The notes under the pieces are model-generated. The model was not told the origin of the DNA, made no database searches, and saw only the letters and a list, made by a program, of their open reading frames with translations. From a virus, in the IMG/VR virus record IMGVR_UViG_3300018055_000001, positions 1 to 64,000 of that record: a stretch of 64,000 bases of DNA; one strand, given 5' to 3'. Made by a program: the position numbers and the translations under genes. How positions within the stretch are numbered: the first letter of the stretch is position 1; the number at the start of each line of letters is the position of its first letter. Shown here one piece after another: positions 55,606 to 64,000 of the stretch.

Positions 55606-58600
55606 ATGAGTGGCGGTTGGGGTACCAGCTGGGGAGGATTGCCTTGGGGAGGTTTTCTGTTGCCATCGAGCGTAGCTCCCCCTCCGCCCGTTCTTTGCCC
55701 TGTGGAGTTCGACGTCTATTGCTATTGCGACACAGGCAATATGGAGGACATTCTCACGAACCCTCACGTGAGCATCACCAACCCTGGTCAATTCACCATT
55801 ACGTCGCAGAACTACATGTGCGTCCTCAGCGATGGTGTTCCCCCAAATGCCGCTGATGCGTACATGACATTTAGTTACGCAGTTGCACCATCGTGGACGT
55901 TCAGGGTGGATGCCATTTTCGATGCCATACCAACCGACTTCGTTGATATCGCGGCTTCCCATATTTACTTTGGCTCCGTCAATGAGACGGGCATTGCCGC
56001 AGGTTTGTTCGTGTCTTCGGCAGGCCTGGCCTACGCTGGATCGGTACTTTTGGAAAGTGGAGCTTTGCATCTCGGGGGCTCATTTCAGGTAATTCCAGGT
56101 ACGGCCGGCTTGGTTGAGCCCGGGAAGCATTACCGCTTTCAGGTTGTGGTTGATGGGGTTACGTCGACGACTTACATTTTCATGGCGGAGTTGTTGGCGC
56201 CTGATCCGTCTGAGCCGCCGCTTACGCTGGTCGCTATACTTCCGGGCATTCCAAATGACGGCTTTGCTGCAGATGGAACTACAATAAGCGTAATTGGGAC
56301 TCAAAAGCACCCGTCTGCTGTTTGCTTCACGGAGATTTGCCTAGCCACTGGCATGATTCTTCAGGTTCCGCCCCCTATCTCAGAGGCTGGGAAGGATCAG
56401 GCCCTCCGTATCTGCTCCATCGGTCAACTCGATGGAACCTCGAGCTATGACCCTGAAGGAGGATCTCTCTTGTACAGCTGGCGGCTCATCGATGCCCCAG
56501 TGGGTAGCTCATTTGCGGTTGAAGGGTCGGATGGCTTCACGGTCCCTGTGGCCATTCCGAACGGATACACCGATAAGTTTCATTCGCCAGAGTTGGGGGA
56601 TGCCTCCGTTCTTGATCCCGTCGTTACTGGAGATGTGCTTCTGGTAGGGGGACAGGCGTACTCAGTTCTCAGCACTGGCATCGATGGTCTTGGCTACTAC
56701 ATTCAGCTTGTGGACAACGTGCTTGTGGATGATCTTCTCAGTGTCCATTTCAAGCTGCTTAGGAACAGGTTTCTGACGGGCGCCACGACAGCAAAGCCCA
56801 CATTCTTTCCCGATATCCCAGGCATCTACAAGTTCGACTTGGTGGTGTTCAACGGAAAGTACTTGAGCGAGCCATCCTATGTGATCGTCAATGTACTTGA
56901 GAGCCAAGTGCCGAAGGGCTGCGTGCCCGACTTGAGTTTCGTGTGGCAGTACTTGAGTGACTTCTGGAAGTTGGTTGAAGATCGCGAGCGCATTCAGGTG
57001 TTCTGGGAGGGCATGGCCCAGGTAGTGGCCTCTGAGCTTTTGACGTTGTGGCAGGTGGATTACTCGAAGAGCCTGCGCGACATCCAACGAACGTTCCAGC
57101 GACGTTGGCTACACTACGACTTGAAGCTTCCAGAGCCTGCCCCTGACTTGACGGTGGTTAGGCAGCTTTACGGTAGCGTGGACACCTACCAGTATGCTTC
57201 GACTCCTTTCACAGGGGTGCAGGGCACGCTGTTGGAACTGCTGTCACCCGTGCATGACCCAATTCGAATTGAGTTCCAACTTGCGAATCCGTACTCTCCG
57301 GCGGTTTTGCAAGGCATTCTTCAGCGCAAACTGCAGTGGGTGGACAAGCGCTACAGTGTCGTTGTGGTGGACAACCCATCGCTGTTGAACTCGGTGGTGC
57401 GGATCACTGCCCCGTTTTTGTTTCAGGTCGGGCCATCAACAACGATGCTGTACTTTACGGCTGGGGACAACAATCTCCCAGCTTCCGGCACAGGTGGGGT
57501 TCGCTTGACGGCGCGCACGTATTTGGTGGATCGGTGCCTTCAAGGCCTAGATATCAAGCAGTACGATCTTCTTGTGCTAGGTGGGGAAGCCTACCGAATC
57601 ATCCGCGTGGTGAACGATGTGACGGACCCCATCCCGTACCAGCGTGTGATCGTGGAATCTGATCTCCCTCTATTGCCTGGCGCAAATTGGACCATTCCCT
57701 CGTACGTGACTAGCAAGCTCCTCAGCTTCTATAGAGGTTTGGTGGGTAAGGGGGATTCGGCCACATTCGAGGTCATCGATAACGACCTCGGTGTAATGAG
57801 GTTGATGTCCGTGCCCGTGCTGAGTGCATGCGCGGCTGAAGTGAACAAGCTGGCGGCGGACCTCACTGGCATCTACCAATACTTGTCTCTTTCCCAAGTT
57901 TCGTCGCAATTGGCCTACGTGAAGAGAAGGACGCACATTCCTGTTGGAGAACTTGTATCGGACATCCCTTGCCTGCAGGAAAGTATCCAAGAGTCCGACG
58001 ATGGGGCAGTGCTTCGTAGAAACGTTGACTACTACATCGAATCCTTCCGAGGCCAGAACTCTGTTAGGTTTGCAGTGGGGGCACTGACGGGAGACCCTGG
58101 AGATGTTTGGGAGGGGAAAGCACCCCCTGATCGTATGTGGGCAGAGACGACGTACCTTGACAATCGACCCACTATTGAGGCCAATTTTGGTGTCCCAGCC
58201 CAGTTCACCTTGGATCAACTCGCAGAGCTCGATACCGACTTGGACTACCTGTCGGCCGTGCAGGGCCTTTGGTATGCCTACTTGAACGGACCCACTCTCT
58301 TCAACATGCGCGCGGGTGTGCAGATCCTGCTTGGTTTACCGTTTGCTGAGGAGACGGGGACCATTGAGGAGATTCGTTCGGACTTCTCTACGGTGCAAGG
58401 TCGCTTGCTGCTGCGCGACGTGGCCAATCCAGCCATTGTTCGTTCGTACACTTACCCGAGTGCTTTGCCTCTCGAGATCAACCCAGCCACTGGCTCAGCT
58501 TACGCGGTGGGAGATGTGGTGCAGCAGTTGGCCCCCATGGTGAAGGGGTCGGAGATTCTTGACTACGTAAAGGACCCCACTTGGTTTCAAGGTCTTTTGT

Positions 58601-59511
58601 CGCAGGGCAACTTCCTGGAAGTCGAGAAGTTTCACAAATTCATGGTGCGCGTCGACAGCTCCGTCTTCAGCCTCAGCTCGTTGATGTTCGTGATGAGTTT
58701 CATTCTCAGGGTGAAGCCCACGTACACGCGGCCTATCTTTGTGGTGCGAAAGGTACTGGAAGTAGCTGAAGTCAGCGTTGTGGACGAGTTTGTCCCAATG
58801 GGGCGTTTGGTCTTGAACGCAGGAGTTTGCTTCCCAAACTTTGGCGCTGCTCAAATCTTCGATGATTTCAGTCCTGCAGCCTACGGCTGTCGCAATCAGT
58901 TCGACTCCGACAGCGATCAATCCACGGTGCCTCCGGTGTTTCCGACGCCGGACTCGAGCATCACTTGGGGGTTTGACAAGTTGTACTTGTGCCCAGAGGA
59001 CGAGGTTTTGTTCCTGTGGAACATCATGCATCCAGGCGGGGTAGTTCAATACGATGAAGGTTTCAGGTTCGATGCTAGCAATTTTGAAGGGTACGTGTTC
59101 AGCGACGTCAACATTACTTCAGTTCCGTTCTTGACGGGCTACACGTTCCCTCAGACGCTTACAGTAGGTAATACCGGGGCTATTTCATCGTTGCACATTC
59201 GTATCGTTGGTAGCCTGGCTGGGTCTATTGCTGATTACTACATGGATTTTGTAGTGAATGGCGGTTCCGCGCACAACACCATCAGCTTCACTGTTGCACC
59301 AGAGGATGGAGACATTATCGACATATCCGCGTCGTTCCCTCTGACCGCGGGGGATACCATGATTTTGGTGTTGTATCCAAATTCTGGTCTTCTTGACGGA
59401 CATCCAGATTGGGCGTCGTTCGAGGTTACTTTGGTGCAAGAACCAGCCTTGCAATTTCAATTCGACACTGGCCTACCTGCCGGCATATATCATTTCGAAC
59501 AAGTGGCCTAA
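55606..59511 (+). CDS. Giant (1301 aa) virion baseplate/tail-fibre protein
   Basis: GAAGGTG SD; Gly/Trp-rich N-terminus MSGGWGTSWGGLPWGG; beta-rich modules (LVLGGEAYRIIRV, LLVGGQAYSVLS). Confidence 0.6.
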   Translation: MSGGWGTSWGGLPWGGFLLPSSVAPPPPVLCPVEFDVYCYCDTGNMEDILTNPHVSITNPGQFTITSQNYMCVLSDGVPPNAADAYMTFSYAVAPSWTFRVDAIFDAIPTDFVDIAASHIYFGSVNETGIAAGLFVSSAGLAYAGSVLLESGALHLGGSFQVIPGTAGLVEPGKHYRFQVVVDGVTSTTYIFMAELLAPDPSEPPLTLVAILPGIPNDGFAADGTTISVIGTQKHPSAVCFTEICLATGMILQVPPPISEAGKDQALRICSIGQLDGTSSYDPEGGSLLYSWRLIDAPVGSSFAVEGSDGFTVPVAIPNGYTDKFHSPELGDASVLDPVVTGDVLLVGGQAYSVLSTGIDGLGYYIQLVDNVLVDDLLSVHFKLLRNRFLTGATTAKPTFFPDIPGIYKFDLVVFNGKYLSEPSYVIVNVLESQVPKGCVPDLSFVWQYLSDFWKLVEDRERIQVFWEGMAQVVASELLTLWQVDYSKSLRDIQRTFQRRWLHYDLKLPEPAPDLTVVRQLYGSVDTYQYASTPFTGVQGTLLELLSPVHDPIRIEFQLANPYSPAVLQGILQRKLQWVDKRYSVVVVDNPSLLNSVVRITAPFLFQVGPSTTMLYFTAGDNNLPASGTGGVRLTARTYLVDRCLQGLDIKQYDLLVLGGEAYRIIRVVNDVTDPIPYQRVIVESDLPLLPGANWTIPSYVTSKLLSFYRGLVGKGDSATFEVIDNDLGVMRLMSVPVLSACAAEVNKLAADLTGIYQYLSLSQVSSQLAYVKRRTHIPVGELVSDIPCLQESIQESDDGAVLRRNVDYYIESFRGQNSVRFAVGALTGDPGDVWEGKAPPDRMWAETTYLDNRPTIEANFGVPAQFTLDQLAELDTDLDYLSAVQGLWYAYLNGPTLFNMRAGVQILLGLPFAEETGTIEEIRSDFSTVQGRLLLRDVANPAIVRSYTYPSALPLEINPATGSAYAVGDVVQQLAPMVKGSEILDYVKDPTWFQGLLSQGNFLEVEKFHKFMVRVDSSVFSLSSLMFVMSFILRVKPTYTRPIFVVRKVLEVAEVSVVDEFVPMGRLVLNAGVCFPNFGAAQIFDDFSPAAYGCRNQFDSDSDQSTVPPVFPTPDSSITWGFDKLYLCPEDEVLFLWNIMHPGGVVQYDEGFRFDASNFEGYVFSDVNITSVPFLTGYTFPQTLTVGNTGAISSLHIRIVGSLAGSIADYYMDFVVNGGSAHNTISFTVAPEDGDIIDISASFPLTAGDTMILVLYPNSGLLDGHPDWASFEVTLVQEPALQFQFDTGLPAGIYHFEQVA

Positions 59512-59517
59512 ATAGCA

Positions 59518-59526
59518 TGCTAGAAT
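59518..59526 (+). promoter_or_regulatory. Class-1 extended -10 box TGCTAGAAT
   Basis: 13 nt upstream of ATG 59540 (AGGAA between). Confidence 0.45.
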
Positions 59527-59539
59527 CACAGGAACTACA

Positions 59540-60169
59540 ATGCGATTCGTAGACGACATAGTGGTGCGAAGCAATCTCAAGCTCACCATGCGAGAGCGTG
59601 GGAAGGTTGCGGCTCGACGAGAGGGTCACAATATCTGGTTGAATCTGGGTAGAGAGTACTTGGCGCATTTGATCGCACTGGCTTCGTACGGCCCTGACGT
59701 ACCCCAGGAGGATCACCGTATCAAGTACATGGGATTGGGGATTGGAGGGACACGGCAGGTAGCTCCAGGAGTTGCCAATGTACCGCCGATGTCTGTGGTG
59801 TATCTGGGATCGAACGCTCAGACTGATATCGATCCGTTGGTGCAGCAGCTTGAAAGGCCGGTGAGGATTTCAGGAAGTACAACAGGACCAACTGATCCGT
59901 ACTCTCCCAGTGACGTGTGGCTAGGTACAGTGCAGGCACCTCCGATCCATGCCACGGCCACTGAAGTGACTTTTGTTCGGGTGTTCACTCAGACTGAGGT
60001 AAGTTATTCGTCCTTTATTTCAGTGCCTTTGAGTGAAATCATGCTGTTCACTTCAAACGCTATCCCAATTGGCGAACCGCACAACACTGGGGTTGCCTAC
60101 GACACTTTCGATACTCTCTCAAAGACTGGCGCTTTCGAGCTCGAAGGCGAATGGACAATAAGGTTCTAA
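59540..60169 (+). CDS. Putative tail/baseplate protein
   Basis: 209-aa ORF in structural module. Confidence 0.5.
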   Translation: MRFVDDIVVRSNLKLTMRERGKVAARREGHNIWLNLGREYLAHLIALASYGPDVPQEDHRIKYMGLGIGGTRQVAPGVANVPPMSVVYLGSNAQTDIDPLVQQLERPVRISGSTTGPTDPYSPSDVWLGTVQAPPIHATATEVTFVRVFTQTEVSYSSFISVPLSEIMLFTSNAIPIGEPHNTGVAYDTFDTLSKTGAFELEGEWTIRF

Positions 60170-60173
60170 GAAC

Positions 60174-62282
60174 ATGTTTCATCGTCTAAGTGTACCTACC
60201 TATTTTGGCGGCCTGCCCTCGGGCTTTGACTACATCAATACCCCCTCGTTGAGTGGGGGTACGGGCGTCCCCGCTTACATGGACGGGAAGAAAATAGGAG
60301 GGCCCAACGATGGTACGTACGCCGTCGCATTTGGCGAGGACGCCACAAGTAATTTCGCAAACCGTGGTATCAAGGCTTTGGCCGAGAACACCGACGTCAT
60401 CGATGACTTGTTGCGCAGGAGTTTGGCCATCAGCGCAAGAACGGCTGATTCAAACGCCGGCCATGGTGGCTTGGCCTATGTCGCAATTGCTGGGCAGGTC
60501 TTCGTTGGATCGTTGGGAACTCCTAACACGCAAGATCAACGGGATCAACTCATCAGTGTTCTGGATGAGAACGACGAAGAGATTCTGGATTCTACGGGTG
60601 TCAAGATAGTTGCAGCGGCCATTGTCGACAACATCATAAGTTCTACCAACTTGGTGGGTACACAGGCGTCAGGGTTCTACGATACTCCTACCATAGTTTT
60701 CAATCTTCCTTTGCAGTACCCACAGTCGTTTCGCATTTACTATGGGGAACGAAGTAGTTTAGCAGAGTTGCCGCAGGATGCGTTCACTACGATCAAGATT
60801 CGTGGCGCTCAGGAAGTGTCGGCGGACATCGAAAGAGTACTTCTCAATCTCCACTCAGCTACTGCGTACAAGTGGGATGACCCATGGGATACTACAATCG
60901 CGGCACTAGCACATCGAGGCTTGAATGGAGCCTACCATCTGGACACTTCGGAGTCAGCACTTCCCTACAACACCCCATCGGGGAATGACATCACAAGGGA
61001 CGGCCCAGCGTTGACGATGAATACTCCAGGGTACGATCTGTCGACGTATGGGCAGATAGGGGTCTCGCACTACCCAGATCCCATTCTGGCTAGCTATCGG
61101 TCCAAGACTACAAGGAATACCAAAGCCGGCGACTACAACCAGAGCTATGGCGGAGACGTGGGTTTGTACCAAGAGTCACCTTGGCACAGCACCAATGACG
61201 TAGATGAGTATTCGAATGATCATGTGGCTGGGCCGTTGGTGTTGGATGTAGCGCCTCGCACGATACGAGATCCCACCCTGTCAGGGGATCCTGTTATCAC
61301 GAAGATCACTACAAATACTGTTGCTACTCTGAACCCAGACGCAGGTACTTCATCGACCGCCAGGTGCACCATCCAAGTGGGCACAGGAGACTTTTTGAGG
61401 GACGGTGATGGCAATCAGTCAATTCGCTATACGGACTTGATTGAGGTTACGGACTTCGCCACCGGTACAATCATAGGGGTGTTCAGGGTCCTGGGCGTGT
61501 CTAGTGCTACTCGTTTGACGGTCCGTACGCTATCAGGGGTTATTCCTGCTCTTGCAGCTTCCGGAGTTGCCTCCCCTGTGCTGCTTCGCTGGCTGCAGCC
61601 AACTATGCAATTGGGTGGTCGTTACTACGATGCGGTGGGCACCACTCAAGGACTTCCTTATTTCACTATTGCCGCCCCTTCCCCTGCAGTCACTCCATTC
61701 TCTTCCAACAGGGGGCAGTTGAATGCAGTTTTTCTATCAGCGATTACGGACCGCACCCTGGGAAGTAACCAGATTCCAGCGATGGGTTGGGGAGGATTTT
61801 CTACGGCTGGAGTTTGGTTTGTCACTGGAACGTTAGATGGAGATGGAGGGATCAATACCTATGGGGGTAAGCAGTCGTTCAATTTCATTCACCGTCGATC
61901 TTGTAATTTCCCTGTCGATGAAGGAGGAAGAACTGTCAGTTGGAATCCTTACACTAACGGTGGTGGGCATATCCAGATTTATACCGTAGCTGGGTTGACC
62001 ACTCCTTCTCCAATTGCATTTGAGATCTCTACCGTTAGCGGGTATGCCCCCACGGCGGGGGATGAATTTGAGCTATTTATTTTCATCTCGGATTTCACTC
62101 AACCGTCGGTGTTGAGCATGACGTGGCCAGCAGATTTCAATTTCAGCGGTTTGGATGGGATTATCCCGGACAGCTACATGCCAGGTGGGCCGCACGATCC
62201 AACTATTGGAGTCCACTACAGGTTCTCTTATGTGAGTACACCTCACGCAATTGGCTGGTACGCCACTCGTACCGATTTCTAA
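60174..62282 (+). CDS. Putative tail fibre/receptor-binding protein (702 aa)
   Basis: Last large gene of the structural module; beta-rich, G/T/S-rich. Confidence 0.5.
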   Translation: MFHRLSVPTYFGGLPSGFDYINTPSLSGGTGVPAYMDGKKIGGPNDGTYAVAFGEDATSNFANRGIKALAENTDVIDDLLRRSLAISARTADSNAGHGGLAYVAIAGQVFVGSLGTPNTQDQRDQLISVLDENDEEILDSTGVKIVAAAIVDNIISSTNLVGTQASGFYDTPTIVFNLPLQYPQSFRIYYGERSSLAELPQDAFTTIKIRGAQEVSADIERVLLNLHSATAYKWDDPWDTTIAALAHRGLNGAYHLDTSESALPYNTPSGNDITRDGPALTMNTPGYDLSTYGQIGVSHYPDPILASYRSKTTRNTKAGDYNQSYGGDVGLYQESPWHSTNDVDEYSNDHVAGPLVLDVAPRTIRDPTLSGDPVITKITTNTVATLNPDAGTSSTARCTIQVGTGDFLRDGDGNQSIRYTDLIEVTDFATGTIIGVFRVLGVSSATRLTVRTLSGVIPALAASGVASPVLLRWLQPTMQLGGRYYDAVGTTQGLPYFTIAAPSPAVTPFSSNRGQLNAVFLSAITDRTLGSNQIPAMGWGGFSTAGVWFVTGTLDGDGGINTYGGKQSFNFIHRRSCNFPVDEGGRTVSWNPYTNGGGHIQIYTVAGLTTPSPIAFEISTVSGYAPTAGDEFELFIFISDFTQPSVLSMTWPADFNFSGLDGIIPDSYMPGGPHDPTIGVHYRFSYVSTPHAIGWYATRTDF

Positions 62283-62297
62283 GCAAGGCAGGAAAGC

Positions 62298-62591
62298 ATG
62301 CACATTTTGTATTTCTGCGCGACTACAGCGCAACACACAGACCCCCAGGCTTTCTGGGAGGCCAACAAGGTGGTGTTGACTTCCATCATCACATGGGTTG
62401 TCGGCCTAGGTGGTACTTGGTTCGCCAGGTACCATATTTCTCCAAACGCTTGGTACCTGCAGGCGCTTCGAGTAATCCTTGGCGCCGTGGGCGATATCAT
62501 CCACCCGACAGAGTTCAAGAAGTTGGCAACTTCCGCTCGTGAGGGCCAGCTTCAACGTAAGGACGAGCAAAAGGAGCAGGAATCACCATGA
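62298..62591 (+). CDS. Holin-like membrane protein
   Basis: Two hydrophobic segments (VVLTSIITWVVGLGGTWF; WYLQALRVILGAVGDII) and a charged C-terminus; sits just before the lipoprotein genes. Confidence 0.45.
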   Translation: MHILYFCATTAQHTDPQAFWEANKVVLTSIITWVVGLGGTWFARYHISPNAWYLQALRVILGAVGDIIHPTEFKKLATSAREGQLQRKDEQKEQESP

Positions 62592-63037
62592 AGTTTTTGA
62601 AATTGTTGGCTTTGATGGCCACCGTTGTACTGCTTGGTACTGGTTGCGGCAATATCCAAAAGCAGCTCAATACCGTAGTTGTGTTCGAGCAGTCGGTACA
62701 AGGGTATGTGCAACAGCTCACGCTGGCAGCCACCGCGGCTATTTCTGCATTGCCACCTGACCAACAGCAAGTAATGTACGCCAAAGTTACCGATCTGTCG
62801 TACAAGCTGACGGCGACATTATCTGCAAAGGATAAAGCACTTCAAGATGCCATCGCGGCCAACAATGCCAACGGTTTTGACTTTGGCAAGTTGACGCAGG
62901 ATGTCCTCGAGGCGGTGCAGGCAATTGTGGCGTTGGTCGAAGTCATCGGCAATGACGCTGCGAAGGCCAAGGCGAAAGCGGCTGGAGCTGCCCTCACTGA
63001 GCACCACGTCAAATTGAAGGCGGTTTTGGCGCAATGA
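62588..63037 (+). CDS. Lipoprotein, Ala-rich helical
   Basis: MKFLKLLALMATVVLLGTGC lipobox; ATGA overlap. Confidence 0.65.
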   Translation: MKFLKLLALMATVVLLGTGCGNIQKQLNTVVVFEQSVQGYVQQLTLAATAAISALPPDQQQVMYAKVTDLSYKLTATLSAKDKALQDAIAANNANGFDFGKLTQDVLEAVQAIVALVEVIGNDAAKAKAKAAGAALTEHHVKLKAVLAQ

Positions 63038-63375
63038 AACTGGCAACCCTAGCCTTGCTGCTGGGGATTATGGGGGCGTGCAGCGGCGCCCCCATTCCGC
63101 CTCCCCAGCCCACGCCTGGCCCAGATCAGGGTACAGGCGGTTCTTCTCCGGTACCTTCCGGAGACGTCTCGTGTGAGCAGATGTGCGCCCATTTGGCGGC
63201 GCTCCCCTGCCCGGACGGGCAAGATCAACCTCAGTGCGTCAGGCTGTGCACAACGGCCACCACCGACCCGAGGTTCTCACCGACGCCGGCAGACGCCCAG
63301 CGTTTTCTCAACTGCAGGTTCAACGCGCAAACACCGGCGGACGCCCAAACGTGCGGGCCAGTCTCCTGTAGGTGA
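63034..63375 (+). CDS. Pro-rich, Cys-rich lipoprotein (o-spanin-like)
   Basis: MKLATLALLLGIMGAC lipobox then APIPPPQPTPGP; ATGA overlap. Confidence 0.6.
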   Translation: MKLATLALLLGIMGACSGAPIPPPQPTPGPDQGTGGSSPVPSGDVSCEQMCAHLAALPCPDGQDQPQCVRLCTTATTDPRFSPTPADAQRFLNCRFNAQTPADAQTCGPVSCR

Positions 63376-63379
63376 AGCC

Positions 63380-64000
63380 ATGAAGCTAGGTGCAAACCAG
63401 ACACCTTCCCACATCTTGGCGAAGGTACCGTTCATTGATCAGTTCCTCAGCCCTGCAGCGACTCCGCTCATTCCGGATCAAACGAAGTATTCAATCGGAA
63501 TGCCGGATCCTTGGGGGGATCTCGGGAACATCGACTACGGGTGCTGTATTTTTGCTGGATACGGCCATTACAAGCAGTGCGCCAGTGCGAACGCTATTGG
63601 CAGGCCCGAAGTTGTAACCACCGATCAAGTCCTTGGTTGGTATGGCGATGTGACGGAATTCCGCAAGGATGATCCGTCTACAGACAATGGGGCCAATCCG
63701 GTTGAGGCCTTGGACTACTTCGTTAGGATTGGTGAGATTGCCGCGTATGCGCGCATCAATGTCAATGATCCGTCGCATGTAGCCAGGGGTCTCAACATCT
63801 TTGGAGGCATCTATGCCATCTTCTACATGCCAAAGGCCTGGCAAGGCTCCTTGATTTGGGGAGCTGGTCCGAACATGTCAGGAATTTGGATGCCCAACAG
63901 TTGGGGCGGCCATTGCACGTACATCCCAGACAACGATCCGGAGATGAATCTCACGGCAGTGTCGTGGGGCGATTTGTACACCGTTACTCCGGACGGAGCT
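63380..64000 (+). CDS. Putative papain-like cysteine peptidase (partial, continues past window)
   Basis: Own translation, 207 codons without stop; GNIDYGCCIFAGYGHY (Cys) and NSWGGHCTY (His); AGGTGA SD. Confidence 0.4.
   Translation, partial: MKLGANQTPSHILAKVPFIDQFLSPAATPLIPDQTKYSIGMPDPWGDLGNIDYGCCIFAGYGHYKQCASANAIGRPEVVTTDQVLGWYGDVTEFRKDDPSTDNGANPVEALDYFVRIGEIAAYARINVNDPSHVARGLNIFGGIYAIFYMPKAWQGSLIWGAGPNMSGIWMPNSWGGHCTYIPDNDPEMNLTAVSWGDLYTVTPDGA

Noticed and set aside
55474-56070. 198-aa minus-strand ORF
   Set aside because: It is antisense across the junction of two structural genes and has no start context.
1-64000. CRISPR arrays, rRNA, tRNA/tmRNA genes, integrase or att sites
   Set aside because: No regularly spaced direct repeats were seen. 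None of the longer intergenic gaps (21148-21297, 31447-31612, 33123-33348, 48493-48708) folds into a cloverleaf by eye. No tyrosine or serine recombinase motifs were seen, so prophage versus free phage cannot be decided. A tRNAscan/Infernal run would be decisive.

Overview
The window reads as an uninterrupted internal stretch of a large tailed dsDNA phage genome, or the interior of a prophage. No integrase, att site, tRNA, rRNA or CRISPR array is visible. It holds about 125 densely packed, mostly plus-strand genes, many joined by ATGA/TGATG/GTGA start-stop overlaps.

Left ~47 kb carries DNA-metabolism, regulatory and accessory genes:
- two paralogous HNH endonucleases, a DnaQ-like 3'-5' exonuclease and a NUDIX hydrolase
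- a sigma-70 family factor, an ATP-dependent DNA ligase and a stand-alone CheY-like receiver
- a metallophosphoesterase and an ASCH/DUF3850 + YkgJ pair
- a LAGLIDADG endonuclease and a HerA/DUF87-type ATPase with two wHTH-like repeats
- a 5'(3')-deoxyribonucleotidase, MazG and an HNH-domain::dCTP-deaminase fusion
- endonuclease VII, a secreted FGE-sulfatase-fold protein, a lytic transglycosylase and a PG_binding_1 protein

Right ~16 kb (47.8-62.3 kb) is a baseplate/tail-fibre module: a gp25-like protein, a baseplate-J-like protein (1326 aa), and 1301-aa and 702-aa proteins. Minus-strand morons interrupt it. A lysis-like cassette follows (holin-like protein, two lipoproteins, and a papain-like peptidase that runs off the window). 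No capsid, portal, terminase, sheath or tube was recognised.

The strongest non-genic signals are two recurrent promoter-like motifs:
- class 1: TGCTAnnnT, 5-14 nt from start codons, implying leaderless or near-leaderless units
- class 2: CGGGnATAAGA + SD

These sit back-to-back in ~75-bp divergent regions at the strand-switch points.

Other notable items:
- tandem paralog arrays
- two low-complexity lipoprotein morons
- a Cys/His-rich mini-ORF overlapping the sigma gene
- a conserved hairpin 5' of both HNH genes
- several apparent single-base frame breaks at homopolymers, which may be assembly errors

All calls are by eye from motifs and the ORF track. No database search or computation was run. 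Most small ORFs remain hypothetical and many start codons are uncertain.
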